A DNA stretch of 64,000 bases from Eledone cirrhosa (taxonomy: Eukaryota). Numbering within the stretch: position 1 is the first letter of the stretch; every line of letters starts with the position of its first letter. Below the pieces are notes generated by a model that worked only from the letters and a program-made list of their open reading frames with translations, had not been told where the DNA came from and ran no database searches. This document shows, piece by piece, positions 1 through 11,130 of the stretch. The DNA lies in contig OZ024749.1 in assembly GCA_964016885.1 (NCBI GenBank), positions 53,754,001 to 53,818,000 of the forward strand, given 5' to 3'. A program made the translations under genes and the position numbers.

Positions 1-349
1 ACCAAGGAAACAATGTTTCCATTGGTCTTTCCATTGCTGAAAGTATCTACCAGTTGCAACTCCTGGCTGAAAGAGCAACACGAAATAATGTCTTGCTCAA
101 GGACATAACACTTTTAATGTGGTATATTTTAAATCTTCTCTCAATACCTTTGGCTGTCCAGCTCTCCTGGGAGTTTCTTACCATATATATATATATATTT
201 CTACGTTGTTCATGAGAAAAACTTATGCAAATAACTTTTAAATTATCTATATTTTTACACAATAGATTATATAAGAAAGGCCTTACGTGTAACATAACAC
301 TCCCTTCTGTCGTAATTAACTCTAATAATACAACTGTTGCTAACATGTT

Positions 350-418
350 TAAATATGATGATATATATGTTGGATTCCCCTACTGACCTCTAATGGAGAA
401 ATTCAACTTTCTGATCAG
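350..418 (+). ncRNA. Box C/D snoRNA, type A copy 1 (28S rRNA Gm guide, SNORD101-like target)
   Basis: C box ATGATGA 355-361, guide TGTTGGATTCCCCT 368-381, D' CTGA 383-386, C'-like ATGGAGA 393-399, D CTGA 411-414; flanking stem ACTGTTGC 333-340 / GCAACAGT 420-427. Confidence 0.85.
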
Positions 419-958
419 TGCAACAGTGTGTCTGTGTTTAAAAGAATTGGTTTGTTAAACCTCTCGATATTCTTATTGTGGTAAATATATGGTCTAATCT
501 TAGCAGAAATTATGAATATTTAAGAATGTCTGTGTGAAAGTGATAGCTACCAGTACTTATTCCAGGTGTTCTTTGAAAGAATTATCGTCATCATCATTTA
601 ATGTCTATTTTTCCATACTAGAATGGGTTAGACAAATCGGATGACCGTTTTTACAGTGTGGACTGGACATTTTTTGTCATGTCACCAACACAAGCACTTC
701 TAAGAATGTGTCAAACTAAAAGGGGCAAAAGTTCCTGTCATCAGAGTCTAGATATATACTTCTCTCAACCTCATGCTTTTATGGACATTAACTATATAAT
801 TAAATTTGATATCAAGCTACTAATAAAATATGAAATGTTATGTAATTTCTGTTTGAAATAACTAGTTGTCTTATTAGTTATCGAGTAAAAACAACATAAT
901 CTAACAATTATTGATAGATATAGTATTTTTGATTATTGATCTGTGGCTGTTAACATGT

Positions 959-1027
959 TGAATATGATGATAGTAATGTTGGATTCCCCTACTGACTTCT
1001 AATGGAGAAAATCAACTTTCTGATTAC
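959..1027 (+). ncRNA. Box C/D snoRNA, type B copy 1
   Basis: C box 964-970, identical guide, D' CTGA, D box 1020-1023; flanked by TGTTAACA/TGTTAACA. Confidence 0.85.
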
Positions 1028-1494
1028 TGTGTTAACATTTCTTACCTACTAGAGTAGGAATGTGAAAGCTAGGTATAATGCCTCTTTGATAGGAATCGAC
1101 AAAACCATATTCCCTTACGAAGTGGAGGGGAGCTTGTCAAGTCAGACCAAGGAAACAATGTTTCCATTGGTCTTTCCATTGCTGAAAGTATCTACCAGTT
1201 GCAACTCCTGGCTGAAAGAGCAACACGAAATAATGTCTTGCTCAAGGACATAACACTTTTAATGTGGTATATTTTAAATCTTCTCTCAATACCTTTGGCT
1301 GTCCAGCTCTCCTGGGAGTTTCTTACCATATATATATATATTTCTACGTTGTTCATAGGAGAAAAACTTATGCAAATAACTTTTAAATTATCTATATTTT
1401 TACACAATAGATTATATAAGAAAGGCCTTATGGGTAACATAACACTCCCTTCTGTCGTAATTAACTCTAATAATACAACTGTTGCTAACATGTT

Positions 1495-1563
1495 TAAATA
1501 TGATGATATATATGTTGGATTCCCCTACTGACCTCTAATGGAGAAATTCAACTTTCTGATCAG
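1495..1563 (+). ncRNA. Box C/D snoRNA, type A copy 2
   Basis: C box 1500-1506, D box 1556-1559, same guide and flanking stem. Confidence 0.85.
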
Positions 1564-2106
1564 TGCAACAGTGTGTCTGTGTTTAAAAGAATTGGTTTGT
1601 TAAAAAACCTCTCCATATTCTTATTGTGGTAAATATATGGTCTAATCTTAGCAGAAATTATGAATATTTAAGAATGTCTGTGTGAAAGTGATAGCTACCA
1701 GTACTTATTCCAAGTGTTCTTTGAAAGAATTATCGTCATCATCATTTAATGTCTATTTTTCCATACTAGAATGGGTTAGACAAATCGGATGACCGTTTTT
1801 ACATTGTGGACTGGACATTTTTTGTCATGTCACCAACACAAGCACTTCTAAGAATGTGTCAAACTAAAAGGGGCAAAAGTTCCTGTCATCAGATTCTAGA
1901 TATATATTTCTCTCAACCTCATGCTTTTATGGACATTAACTATATAATTAAATTTTATATCAAGCTACTAATAAAATATGAAATGTTATGTAATTTCTGT
2001 TGGAAATAACTAGTTGTCTAAATAGTTATCGAGTAAAAACAACATAATCTAACAATTATTGATAGATATAGTATTTTTGTTTATTGATCTGTGGTTGTTA
2101 ACATGT

Positions 2107-2175
2107 TGAATATGATGATAGTAATGTTGGATTCCCCTACTGACTTCTAATGGAGAAAATCAACTTTCTGATTAC
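2107..2175 (+). ncRNA. Box C/D snoRNA, type B copy 2
   Basis: C box 2112-2118, D box 2168-2171, same guide. Confidence 0.85.
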
Positions 2176-2644
2176 TGTGTTAACATTTCTTACCTACTAG
2201 AGTAGGAATGTGAAAGCTAGGTATAATGCCTCTTTGATAGGAATCGACAAAACCTTATTCCCTTACAAAGTGGAGAGGAGCTTGTCAAGTCAGACCAAGG
2301 AAACAATGTTTCCATTGGTCTTTCCATTGCTGAAAGTATCTACCAGTTGCAACTCCTGGCTGAAAGGTCAACACGAAATAATGTCTTGCTCAAGGACATA
2401 ACACTTTTAATGTGGTATATTTTAAATCTTCTCTCAATACCTTTGGCTGTCCAGCTCTCCTGAGAGTTTCTTACCATATATATATATATATTTCTACGTT
2501 GTTCATAGGAGAAAAACTTATGCAAATAACTTTTAAATTATCTATACTTTTACACAATAGATTATATAAGAAAGGCCTTATGGGTAACATAACACTCCCT
2601 TCTGTCGTAATTAACTCTAATAATACAACTGTTGCTAACATGTT

Positions 2645-2713
2645 TAAATATGATGATATATATGTTGGATTCCCCTACTGACCTCTAATGGAGAAATTCA
2701 ACTTTCTGATCAG
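2645..2713 (+). ncRNA. Box C/D snoRNA, type A copy 3
   Basis: C box 2650-2656, D box 2706-2709, same guide. Confidence 0.85.
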
Positions 2714-2874
2714 TGCAACAGTGTGTCTGTGTTTAAAAGAATTGGTTTGTTAAACCTCTCCAAATTCTTTGAAATAACTAGTTGTCTTATTAGTTATCGA
2801 GTAAAAACAACATAATCTAACAATTATTGATAGATATAGTATTTTTGATTATTGATCTGTGGCTGTTAACATGT

Positions 2875-2943
2875 TGAATATGATGATAGTAATGTTGGAT
2901 TCCCCTACTGACTTCTAATGGAGAAAATCAACTTTCTGATCAC
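2875..2943 (+). ncRNA. Box C/D snoRNA, copy 6 (type B body with type-A-like 3' flank)
   Basis: C box 2880-2886, D box 2936-2939, followed by CACTGCAACAGTG. Confidence 0.85.
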
Positions 2944-3175
2944 TGCAACAGTGGGCATATATATGTGTGTGTGTGTGTGTTTATACAAATACTATCTTCA
3001 TAGTGAAATTATTTATATTCTGAGTAAATCCTTCCAAATTCTTAATTCAAGTACAATGTGTGTCATTAGAAATGATTTCATAAACCAGTTAATACACCTA
3101 ATAGTTAATTTCTAATTACATCGTTGTCATTTAACATTTGTTTTCCCTACTATCATATATTTATTACAACCCTTT

Positions 3176-3330
3176 ATGTTCTGAGTTCAAATCCTGCTGA
3201 GGTTAGATTTGCCTTTCATCCTTATGGAGTCGATAAAATTATAGTACCAGTAATGTACTGGGATCGATTTAATTGACATTCCTCTCCCTCAAAAATTGTT
3301 GTCCCTGTGTCTAAATCAGAAACCATTATA
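3176..3330 (+). mobile_element. Dispersed SINE family A (other copies at ~17108, 32420, 36650, 54628 on +; ~15220, 30000, 41745, 44200, 63800 on -)
   Basis: Recurrent TGAGTTCAAATCC...AACTTTGCCTTTCATCCTTATGGGGTCGATAAAATAAAGTACCAGT with a B-box-like GAGTTCAAATCC. Confidence 0.85.
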
Positions 3331-3377
3331 ATTGCTCAGTGTTGTTAGAATTTTCACCTTTGTTTTATTTCTTACAG

Positions 3378-4581
3378 AGTATTCCTGGCTTAGAACAATA
3401 TGCTATTAAAAAATATGCCCAGTCATTAGAAGTGCTACCTCAGTCTTTGGCTGAAAATACTGGAGCAAAGGTATGGGGGAAATGTTACATTTTAAATTTG
3501 AAACATTGATTTGTGTTTTTCTTTGTCTTTGTAAAGGTTCAGGAAGAAAACATAATTTGTTTTTTCTATTTTATTAGAGCCGAGAAGTTCTTTCCAAGTT
3601 GTATGCCACTCATCAAGATGGTAAACAGAATACTGGTGTAAATATTGAGGTCAGCATCATTCCATGTTTTCTCCCTCTATTAGTAACAAATCTTTATATT
3701 TGTGTGTTACATAAGGGACCTAGTAGAAGCCACAAATCTTATGACAAATTAATTTAACATTTTAATTTATCTTTCAAATTAGTGTCATGTTTCAACAATT
3801 TATTTATTCAAAATTATTAATTTCCTTTTTAGGATGTTGGTGGTGTTGTGGATGCTGTAGAAAAGAATATTTTAGATCTTTATATGAAATTTTTCTGGAT
3901 ATTAAAGTTTGCCACTACAGCTGCTTGCACAGTGCTCAATGTTGACCAGGTATGGAAGAGATTTCTTAGAAGTTTGCTCACTTTTCTTTTACCATCTGCT
4001 ACAAGTAGACAAGTCAAAATATGTTTTTAAATGTGTTATAATGTATATTTCTCTTTTTTAAAATTTACTTAACACTGTTCAATACATATTACTTCATATT
4101 CTCCATTTTTGCTGTGAAGCTCCCAAGTTTTTCTACTCTGCCCCACATTGTGAAGGTGTAACATTGGGTTGGTTTGTTAAACAAAAACTAGAAGTCTGTT
4201 GGAGGGACTGTTCTGGTTATTGAGTGATACTTAGTTCAATACCATTTTTTTTATGCTTTTTACCTCAGCCTGGTCTCTGGACTGAGGATAGCTCCCTATT
4301 ACAACTGGAGGTCCTGAAAAGAATCAGACACCACAATTGTTTCCTTCACTAACTTTATAAATATATGTGTATGTATATATATATAATTCTTGAATTATTT
4401 AGTAAAATTGACCATAAATTATCAATTAGTGGATATTTAATATCATGTTTACATGATTTTATTTAATTATTGACTTCCATAATGTAATTAAGATGTTCTT
4501 TTTTTTTCTTTGTAGATTATCATGGCGAAACCTGCAGGTGGTCCTAAGACTCGAGAGAATAAAGACTGGGATGAAGATTAG
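3378..4581 (+). CDS. CCT8: T-complex protein 1 subunit theta, last four coding exons (3378-3470, 3578-3649, 3833-3949, 4516-4581); 5' part is outside the window
   Basis: GT-AG spliced translation SIPGLEQYAIKKYAQSLEVLPQSLAENTGAK...FATTAACTVLNVDQ|IIMAKPAGGPKTRENKDWDED* matches the CCT8 C-terminus. Confidence 0.95.
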
Positions 4582-5959
4582 ATCCTCATTAACCTACATA
4601 CCAAGCATTCATTTTCATGTATAATAGGTTGCATTATTTATATTTGTTTTTTTTTTTAAATATGTACCGGCTTCATATAAAGTACTACCTGGTTTCCATT
4701 ATTACCAATGATGTGATATGTTTACATTTGGAATCCCTATTTGGAAGGATCATTATCTTTTCAAATTGAGAAAATCTTGAAAATAATATCTGGAAAAAGA
4801 AATCTGATTTTATATTGTAATTCAAAACCAAAATAAACATTTGCTTTAAAGTCTTTTGTATTTTTTGTCAATCTTTTATTTTCAAGTCTATAAAATATTT
4901 AATGTATGTTCTATGGTTTGCTGAATATGTGGTGTTAAAATCTGTCCACATGGCATCTCTCTTCCAAAAATTAAAGATAACTGCACTCAACTCCGTTTTA
5001 AGATCATGCCAACTGCATTGGTTTGGACATGTGAACCTTAGTGGTGAGTGGATACATCGATGCACCACGATTGTGACCCCTGCTAGACAGGGAAAGCCCT
5101 GAGAAGAGGTAATCAGGGATGATCTGGAACCTGGACCAAACACTCTGGAGAGAGGCTTTGAAAGACGCTTCTAAAGTGTTCAATGTTTCTGACAAGTAAA
5201 CATGTTAAACCAGATGATGAGGTACCTATCTAACCCATGCAAGTGTAACCATTAAGCAATGATGATGTCATAAAAAAATAGTATCTCCTAATAAAGAGGT
5301 ATGTAATTCCTGCTGAATTAGTAATTAGTGCAGTGTCACAGACTTCAAAGTAGTCGTATATGTAGTTATAGTGATAACATTTTGAAGAGGGTATAGTTGG
5401 TTAAATCAATTCTGAGGTATTTAACTCAGAACATAATAGGTTATATAAATTGATTAACACAAGGTATTTTGTCTGATACTCCATCATTCCTACCAATCTT
5501 CCTCTTGATAATAGAATTATCTTGCTTCGATGCAAAGAAACTCACCTAGTTTTAAATTTGATCCAACTGCTCAACTTATTTGGTGATTGTCTTCTCCTGT
5601 TGCCGCTGTGTCTGATACCTTGTGATATTTAGTAGTAAGAATCTCTCAGGAGAGCTGGGCAACAGAAGGTCTTCAGAGAAGAGAACCCTGCCAAGTAAGT
5701 ATTTCGGCCCTTAAGTCTATCATATATAGGTATGGACATGTATATTGTTCAGTGAAGGATGTAAATCTAGGCCTAAAAACTGGTACTTTATGATGTTTTT
5801 CTGTACAAAGTTACAGACATTTTCTTCTTGTTAGAGAATAGGTATGAATATGAACAGAAAAACAGTTTTTGTATGAAACACTAGCTTCGTCACTGAAATG
5901 TTCCTTATTTTATAAGAAATGATTGACCTGATTTGCTCTCCATGTGAGATGAGCTTGTC

Positions 5960-6110
5960 CAAGGAAACAATGTTTCTATTGTTGACATTACCAGTTGCAA
6001 CATGATATAAAGTGTCTTGCTCAAAGACAACACATCACCCAGCCCAGGAATCGAACTTGCAACCTTATGATTGTGAATTCAATTCTCTAACCACAATACC
6101 ATGTGCCTTC
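5960..6110 (-). mobile_element. Dispersed tRNA-like SINE family B (copies at ~11800, 14190, 24010, 34310, 51040, 55290)
   Basis: Recurrent TGTCTTGCTCAAG(A/G)ACACAAC...GGAATCGAAC...CTAACCAC, the reverse complement of tRNA-type A/B boxes. Confidence 0.7.
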
Positions 6111-7493
6111 ATGCACCTTATTTTATAAGTTGACTTAATCCAGTTTCATGTGAAGCAGATCAAAAATATATCAACTCTAAGGTAGGATATAACCCAGTCT
6201 ACTGTAAGTAACAATTCCAAGATGATCCATCACCTACAGCAGCCAGGTGGACTGTGGTAATATTGAATAGGCTTCATTTAAACAACAAACAATTGCTAGA
6301 AGTAAATTCAAACTCTTCACCCATGAAAAGCAATCAAATGTCTTTACTTTCACGTTGCTCCAGTATACTCAGCTGAGATTGAGTATCAGTAGCTGGGGGT
6401 TTAACACTACATTGGACTGGCTTCCTGTACAAGGGGAAGTCTTGTACTCTCAGTTGCTTCACGCCACAAGCTGGGATGAACCTCTGGGCTGGAGACAGAT
6501 TTTAAACCATGACATACTCTTTCTTACCTTTGCAAACTTGGACGTTCCATTTGTGACCATCCTATCCCATCTTTTTGTCTACCAAGATAGTCGAATATGA
6601 TTTAAGGAAGATTTCACTATTTTCTGCAGGTTGAGCAACAAAAAGTTTAACTCTTTTGACACCAAACCGTCCCTGATTCTATTATACAAGACTTTGATCA
6701 TAATTTTATGTAAGAACCTTTCTTATGTTCCAAACATCTGCTTAATAACGAGAAAGTGTTTACTAAATCCCTCAAAATTAATTGTAAACCACTCTCTCGT
6801 TAAAAATATAACGAAAAGGAATTTCATGCAGTAAAAATGCATTTTTAAAGAGAATAAAATCAATACAAATATTTTAAAAATACAATATTCTTTTTTTTAG
6901 AAAATCAAATGAATATTTATTGCTTGTGACAAATGATGAATATTAAAAAAAAAAAAATCAATAATGATATTTCTATGGAAATTTGTTGTCAAAGTTCAAT
7001 GGATCAAAATATTTAAAGAACAAATGAGATGTAGAACTTAGTTTTCTTTTAAATGTCTTAGAGTCAAGTTTGTTAATAAATATATAACATATTTGTTTCA
7101 TTAATAACTTATCAAGGTATTTTAAAATATATTGAAAAGAGATAATCTATAAACTGCCTTTGGTTCTACAATATATAACTGTTTGTTTTAAAATGTTTAT
7201 ATTTATCTAAAAACCTTCCAACATAACTTTATGCAAGAACCTCTGTTAAGTTATGTTCCAAACACCAGCTTGATAATGAGAAAGTTAGTTATCTGACTAA
7301 ATTCCTGAAAATTCTTGATTATTTTCAAGATTGTTTGAAAATCACAGGCAGTGTCTTTCCTCTAAAATATGGTAACAAAGGAGTTTACTATATAGAAATA
7401 AACTGTTTGATTTGATGTCCTCCCATTTTATAAAGACAAGGAGAAAAAAAATGATAGCAATTTGTTAAAGTCTTATGTTTTGTGTTTTAAATA

Positions 7494-8807
7494 TTATTTC
7501 CGTTTTTTGACAGACGGTCTTTCAAAGATTTGTTTCATGCCGCCACCTTTTGATGTGTGGAATTTAAGATTTTGAGCAGTGTCTGCCAGCCAGGGAGAAT
7601 CAAACTGAGTCGTATCTTGGTCAACCAAATGTGTATATTTGGTTCGTCCAGAACGACCAAAGTTCTTCACCTGCATGACTTTAGGGAGAATAGTTTTATC
7701 AAAATGATCTTCCAAAGTTGGAGCTGAAAAGTCCCTTTTGTAAACAGTGTCTTCTTCGTCCATGAAAAATGCACCTCTATGATAATATTTCTGGAGGAAC
7801 TTATATCGACCTTTCGGTGCTTTGTTAGGTATAACTTTAGGATTAGCACGCTGTTCAGACCGTCTTTCTTCGTCGTTCATGTTCCGTAATCGATCTATCT
7901 CACCCTTTTCTTTCTCCAGTGCTTCCCGTTCCTCTCGGTCACGCTTCATACGTTTTAACTCACGAACTTTCCAAGCTTCGTATTCTTCTTCATCATTTTC
8001 ATCACCTGTATCAACAGCATCACATGGATCCTCTTCTTTCTTCTCTTCTAATTCTTTCCTAGCATCTGTTTCAATTATCTTCAATGTCTGTCGTCGCCGT
8101 TCCTCCACCATTCGTTTAGTTTCAATTTCTTGTTCTCGAGCCTTTAAATCTTCTTTTTCTTTCTCTTGGATCGTGATTCTGTCTTTCTTTCTGACAAAAA
8201 CAGGTTTTAATCTAGGTCCAGTTTCTTCCTCAGAATCGGTATATTCCTCATATTCCGATGATTCTTCTTCGCTTTCGCCTTCGGATTTTTCCTCTTCGAG
8301 GTCCATAACTTCTTCTTCATCTTCTTCTTTTCTTTGCAGGGCCCGCTGTCTTAACAGTTCTCTCCTTCTTTCAATTTCTTCTTCATCCAATTCTTCTTCT
8401 TCGCTACTTTCCTCTTCCTCTCTCCGATGTCTATCATCTATTTCATCTTCCGATGCTTCCATGACCACTTCTGGTTCAATAACTTCCCTACGATGTCTCG
8501 TAACCCGATCCTCCACATCGCTATCATCATCAATCGTTCTTTCTTTCAATCGTCTCAAACGTGGATCTTCCGATTTGTTATCAACAGCAACCGGTTTAGA
8601 AGAATCACGTACCTTCTTCGGTCCGAAATTGAACTCAACTTCTTCTTCTTCGTCGCTGCTAGAATCCGGAGCATAATCAGGTCTTTTACCAGTTACATAC
8701 CGGTTCACCTTCACCTTTTGCATCGTAATATCACCTTTTTCATTTTTAATCGGAACGGCTCCTGCCGTCGACTGGATGGGGATTGTGCTGTTCACTCGGC
8801 CACTCAT
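7494..8807 (-). CDS. MFAP1: Microfibrillar-associated protein 1 (spliceosomal B-complex factor), single coding exon, 437 aa
   Basis: Continuous ORF with PIQSTAGAVP, RYVTGKRPDYA, PRLKPVFVRKKDR, KFLQKYYHRGAFF, QVKNFGRSGRTKYTHLVDQDTT; ATG at 8807. Confidence 0.97.
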   Translation of the reverse strand: MSGRVNSTIPIQSTAGAVPIKNEKGDITMQKVKVNRYVTGKRPDYAPDSSSDEEEEVEFNFGPKKVRDSSKPVAVDNKSEDPRLRRLKERTIDDDSDVEDRVTRHRREVIEPEVVMEASEDEIDDRHRREEEESSEEEELDEEEIERRRELLRQRALQRKEEDEEEVMDLEEEKSEGESEEESSEYEEYTDSEEETGPRLKPVFVRKKDRITIQEKEKEDLKAREQEIETKRMVEERRRQTLKIIETDARKELEEKKEEDPCDAVDTGDENDEEEYEAWKVRELKRMKRDREEREALEKEKGEIDRLRNMNDEERRSEQRANPKVIPNKAPKGRYKFLQKYYHRGAFFMDEEDTVYKRDFSAPTLEDHFDKTILPKVMQVKNFGRSGRTKYTHLVDQDTTQFDSPWLADTAQNLKFHTSKGGGMKQIFERPSVKKRK

Positions 8808-10057
8808 GTTTAGCGGGAGGAGAAACAAAAACTTCACAACATGTATATAATATCTGAGATATAAGGAGTATTTACCTGTTCCGGTAAACCCCAGGGGTGG
8901 TGTTTTAAATGAGGGAGTAATATATACTCCCGGCTTGACTCTGTATTCAGTGATAAGCGTGAACGAGAGAAAATATTAAAGATATTTAGGAATATATCAA
9001 CAAAATATGGACGAATTTCCACATTGACGACATCAAAACATTTTACCTCAAATTGTGAAGAGTTAACTTCCGTTAATTAGTTAACCAGAGTTATCTTTCC
9101 ATGTGTTGGTGAAATCTTGTTTGATTCCTGCATGTTTTCTTGTTATGTGGTTAATTAAGCATGTGCCCGGTAAGATTATGGAACTATTTAAAACAAACAA
9201 AAAAAAAGACACAATTTCTTTTGTTATCAATTGAAATATACTAACTTATAACCTGCACATTTTTTTATATATAAAGGTGGTGGTTTATATTTTTATTAAT
9301 AGATATTGTATTTCTCTTTGGCAAGTGTTTGTTAATTAAGAAAGAAATATTGCTTGTTAAGTTTCTTCATTAAAGTAAACTCCGTTAATTGCGCTTATAA
9401 TAACCTGCTGCTTTGTTTCTAGTTTTCTATCGTAAATTCCGGAACGGCTGCTGTTTTATTTCTCATACTTCTCAACAGTATATTTTTGTTATTTATAATA
9501 AAGGTTATATCATCAGTTGATCCCTTCTAACTCAATGCCTGGTTCCCCTTGAGACTTTAATAATTAACCCCACCCACCAACTACACTGTCTTTCTCCGGA
9601 CGTGCGTAAGTTCTTCCGCATATCCGTCTATCTAGCTATCAATCTATATCAGTCTATCTCTACCTGTCTAGCTATCGATCTATATCTACTATCGATCTCT
9701 GCCTACTTATCTCACCTATGATACAAAAATACTTGAAAAGGGAAAACCAGATTTCGTTGTTATTTGTTAACAGTACAGGAAATGTAGGGTAAGGTGCAAT
9801 AGAAGGAGGCGGGCGGTAGACCCTATATACTCGTCCCGCCCGGAAACTGGAAATTAAAAGGACACCGTGCCCTTGCGTATCTCTTCACCATTCCGACACT
9901 GAGTGTTATTAGTTTCTATAGTAAATGTTTATTAAATCCGTCTCGAAGACCGAAACATTATGGAGTTCACCGGTGGGGAAACTACAAAAAAGAAACGAGT
10001 AATTTACGGCAAGTTAGTCATTATAGTCGCGTGTGTGTGTGTATATATATATATATT

Positions 10058-11130
10058 ATGTCAGGTCACCAGTTGGTGCTACTGGTAACATGTATCCCAG
10101 TACAACCTGTCTCATGGTCGGGTCGTTGGCGACTAAACTGGCAACCCCACCAAGGTTTCTTGGTGAGGAGGGTGACTTTGGACATCCTGCAGGACAAAAA
10201 AAAAACCTGTCAAAGGCCAAAGGAGCTCTTAAGAGTCAATGGCCATCCAAAATCACCAGGAGAGATGACCCCTTAGCTTTTGTCAAGGCAGAATTCTAGG
10301 AGAAGGAAAACTCTGATATAACACCTGCAACCCTGATGGTATCCAATGATGTTGACTTTTTCTTCTTTTTGGTAAATATCATCTTGGTTAAGAGAGTGGG
10401 ACTGGCTTTGTGCAGTGCCTTTGCTCACTATAAAAGCTTCACGGCACAGGCATTGCTTTATATCTGGAGATCTCTCTACACTTGTCGTCATATGGTAACA
10501 TGAGCCCAGCACTATGTGTCAATAATTGTCACAAGTGTAGTGTTTGTACCAGAGTTTTCAAGTCGCTGGCTGGACTAAAACGTCACACTCGTTCAGCGTA
10601 TCGGTAGGGGTTCTCTTACATGGATATAAAGTAGTGGCCGTACTCGAAAACGAGTTGGCAGCCACCATGTATGTATGCATGCATGTTTGTATATATGTAT
10701 GCATGTTTGTATGTATGTATGTATGTATGTATTCCGGGAGAGATGACCCCTTAGCCTTTGTCAAGGCAGAATTCTAGAAGGAAAACTCTGATATAACACC
10801 TGCAACCCTGATGGTATCCAATGATGTTGACTTGTTCTTTTTGGTAAATATCATCTTGGTTAAGAGAGTGGGACTGGCTTTGTGCAGTGCCTTTGCTCAC
10901 TATAAAAGCTTCATGGCACAGGCATTGCTTTATATCTGGAGATCTCTCTGCACTTGTCGTCACATGGGCCCAGCACTATGTGTCAATAATTGTCACAAGT
11001 GTAGTGTTAGTACCAGAGTTTTCAAGTTGCTGGCTGGACTAAAAAGTCACACTCGTTCAGCGCATCGGTAGTTCTCCTACATGGATATAAAGTAGTGTCC
11101 GTACTCGAAAACGAGTTGGCAGCCACCATA
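10058..11130 (+). mobile_element. Two head-to-tail copies of a short, probably internally deleted RTE-type LINE derivative
   Basis: ~390-bp segment at ~10260-10670 repeated at ~10740-11130; RTE-like 5' motif (CT)AGGAGAAGGAAAACTCTGA; 3' part encodes C2H2 remnant CSV(C/S)TRVFK(S/L)LAGLK(R/S)HTRSA(Y/H); (GTAT)n tail. Confidence 0.6.

Larger units (their letters stand above)
1..2950 (+). repeat. Tandem segmental repeat, ~1145-1150 bp unit, about 2.5 units visible (continues off the left edge; last unit internally deleted), inside a CCT8 intron
   Basis: ACCAAGGAAACAATG recurs at 1, 1146 and 2294; near-identical ORF translations recur in the track; the third unit jumps at ~2765 to the GAAATAACTAG block. 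Confidence 0.97.

Noticed and set aside
1-2950. Repeated short ORFs in the tandem array; CRISPR-like or protein-coding interpretation
   Set aside because: Frames shift with (AT)n length, there is no protein similarity and no repeat-spacer layout; the snoRNA cassette plus SINE fragments explain it
4108-4338. RNase P RNA or U19/U17 identity (GAAGCTC, GAAGTCTG/CAGAC, AGTTCAAT; TGTGAAGGTGTAACA)
   Set aside because: No room for an RNase P specificity domain and CR-II/III are absent; U19 pocket sequences and U17 m1/m2 motifs are missing
7822-8676. 284-aa Ser-rich plus-strand ORF
   Set aside because: Antisense shadow of the Glu/Arg-rich MFAP1 CDS
10058-10180. HDV-like or twister ribozyme at the RTE-derivative 5' end
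   Set aside because: Partial motifs (CCAGT/ACTGG, GTCG/CGAC, CTAA, GGAGGG) but I could not build a complete P1/P3/P1.1 or twister core
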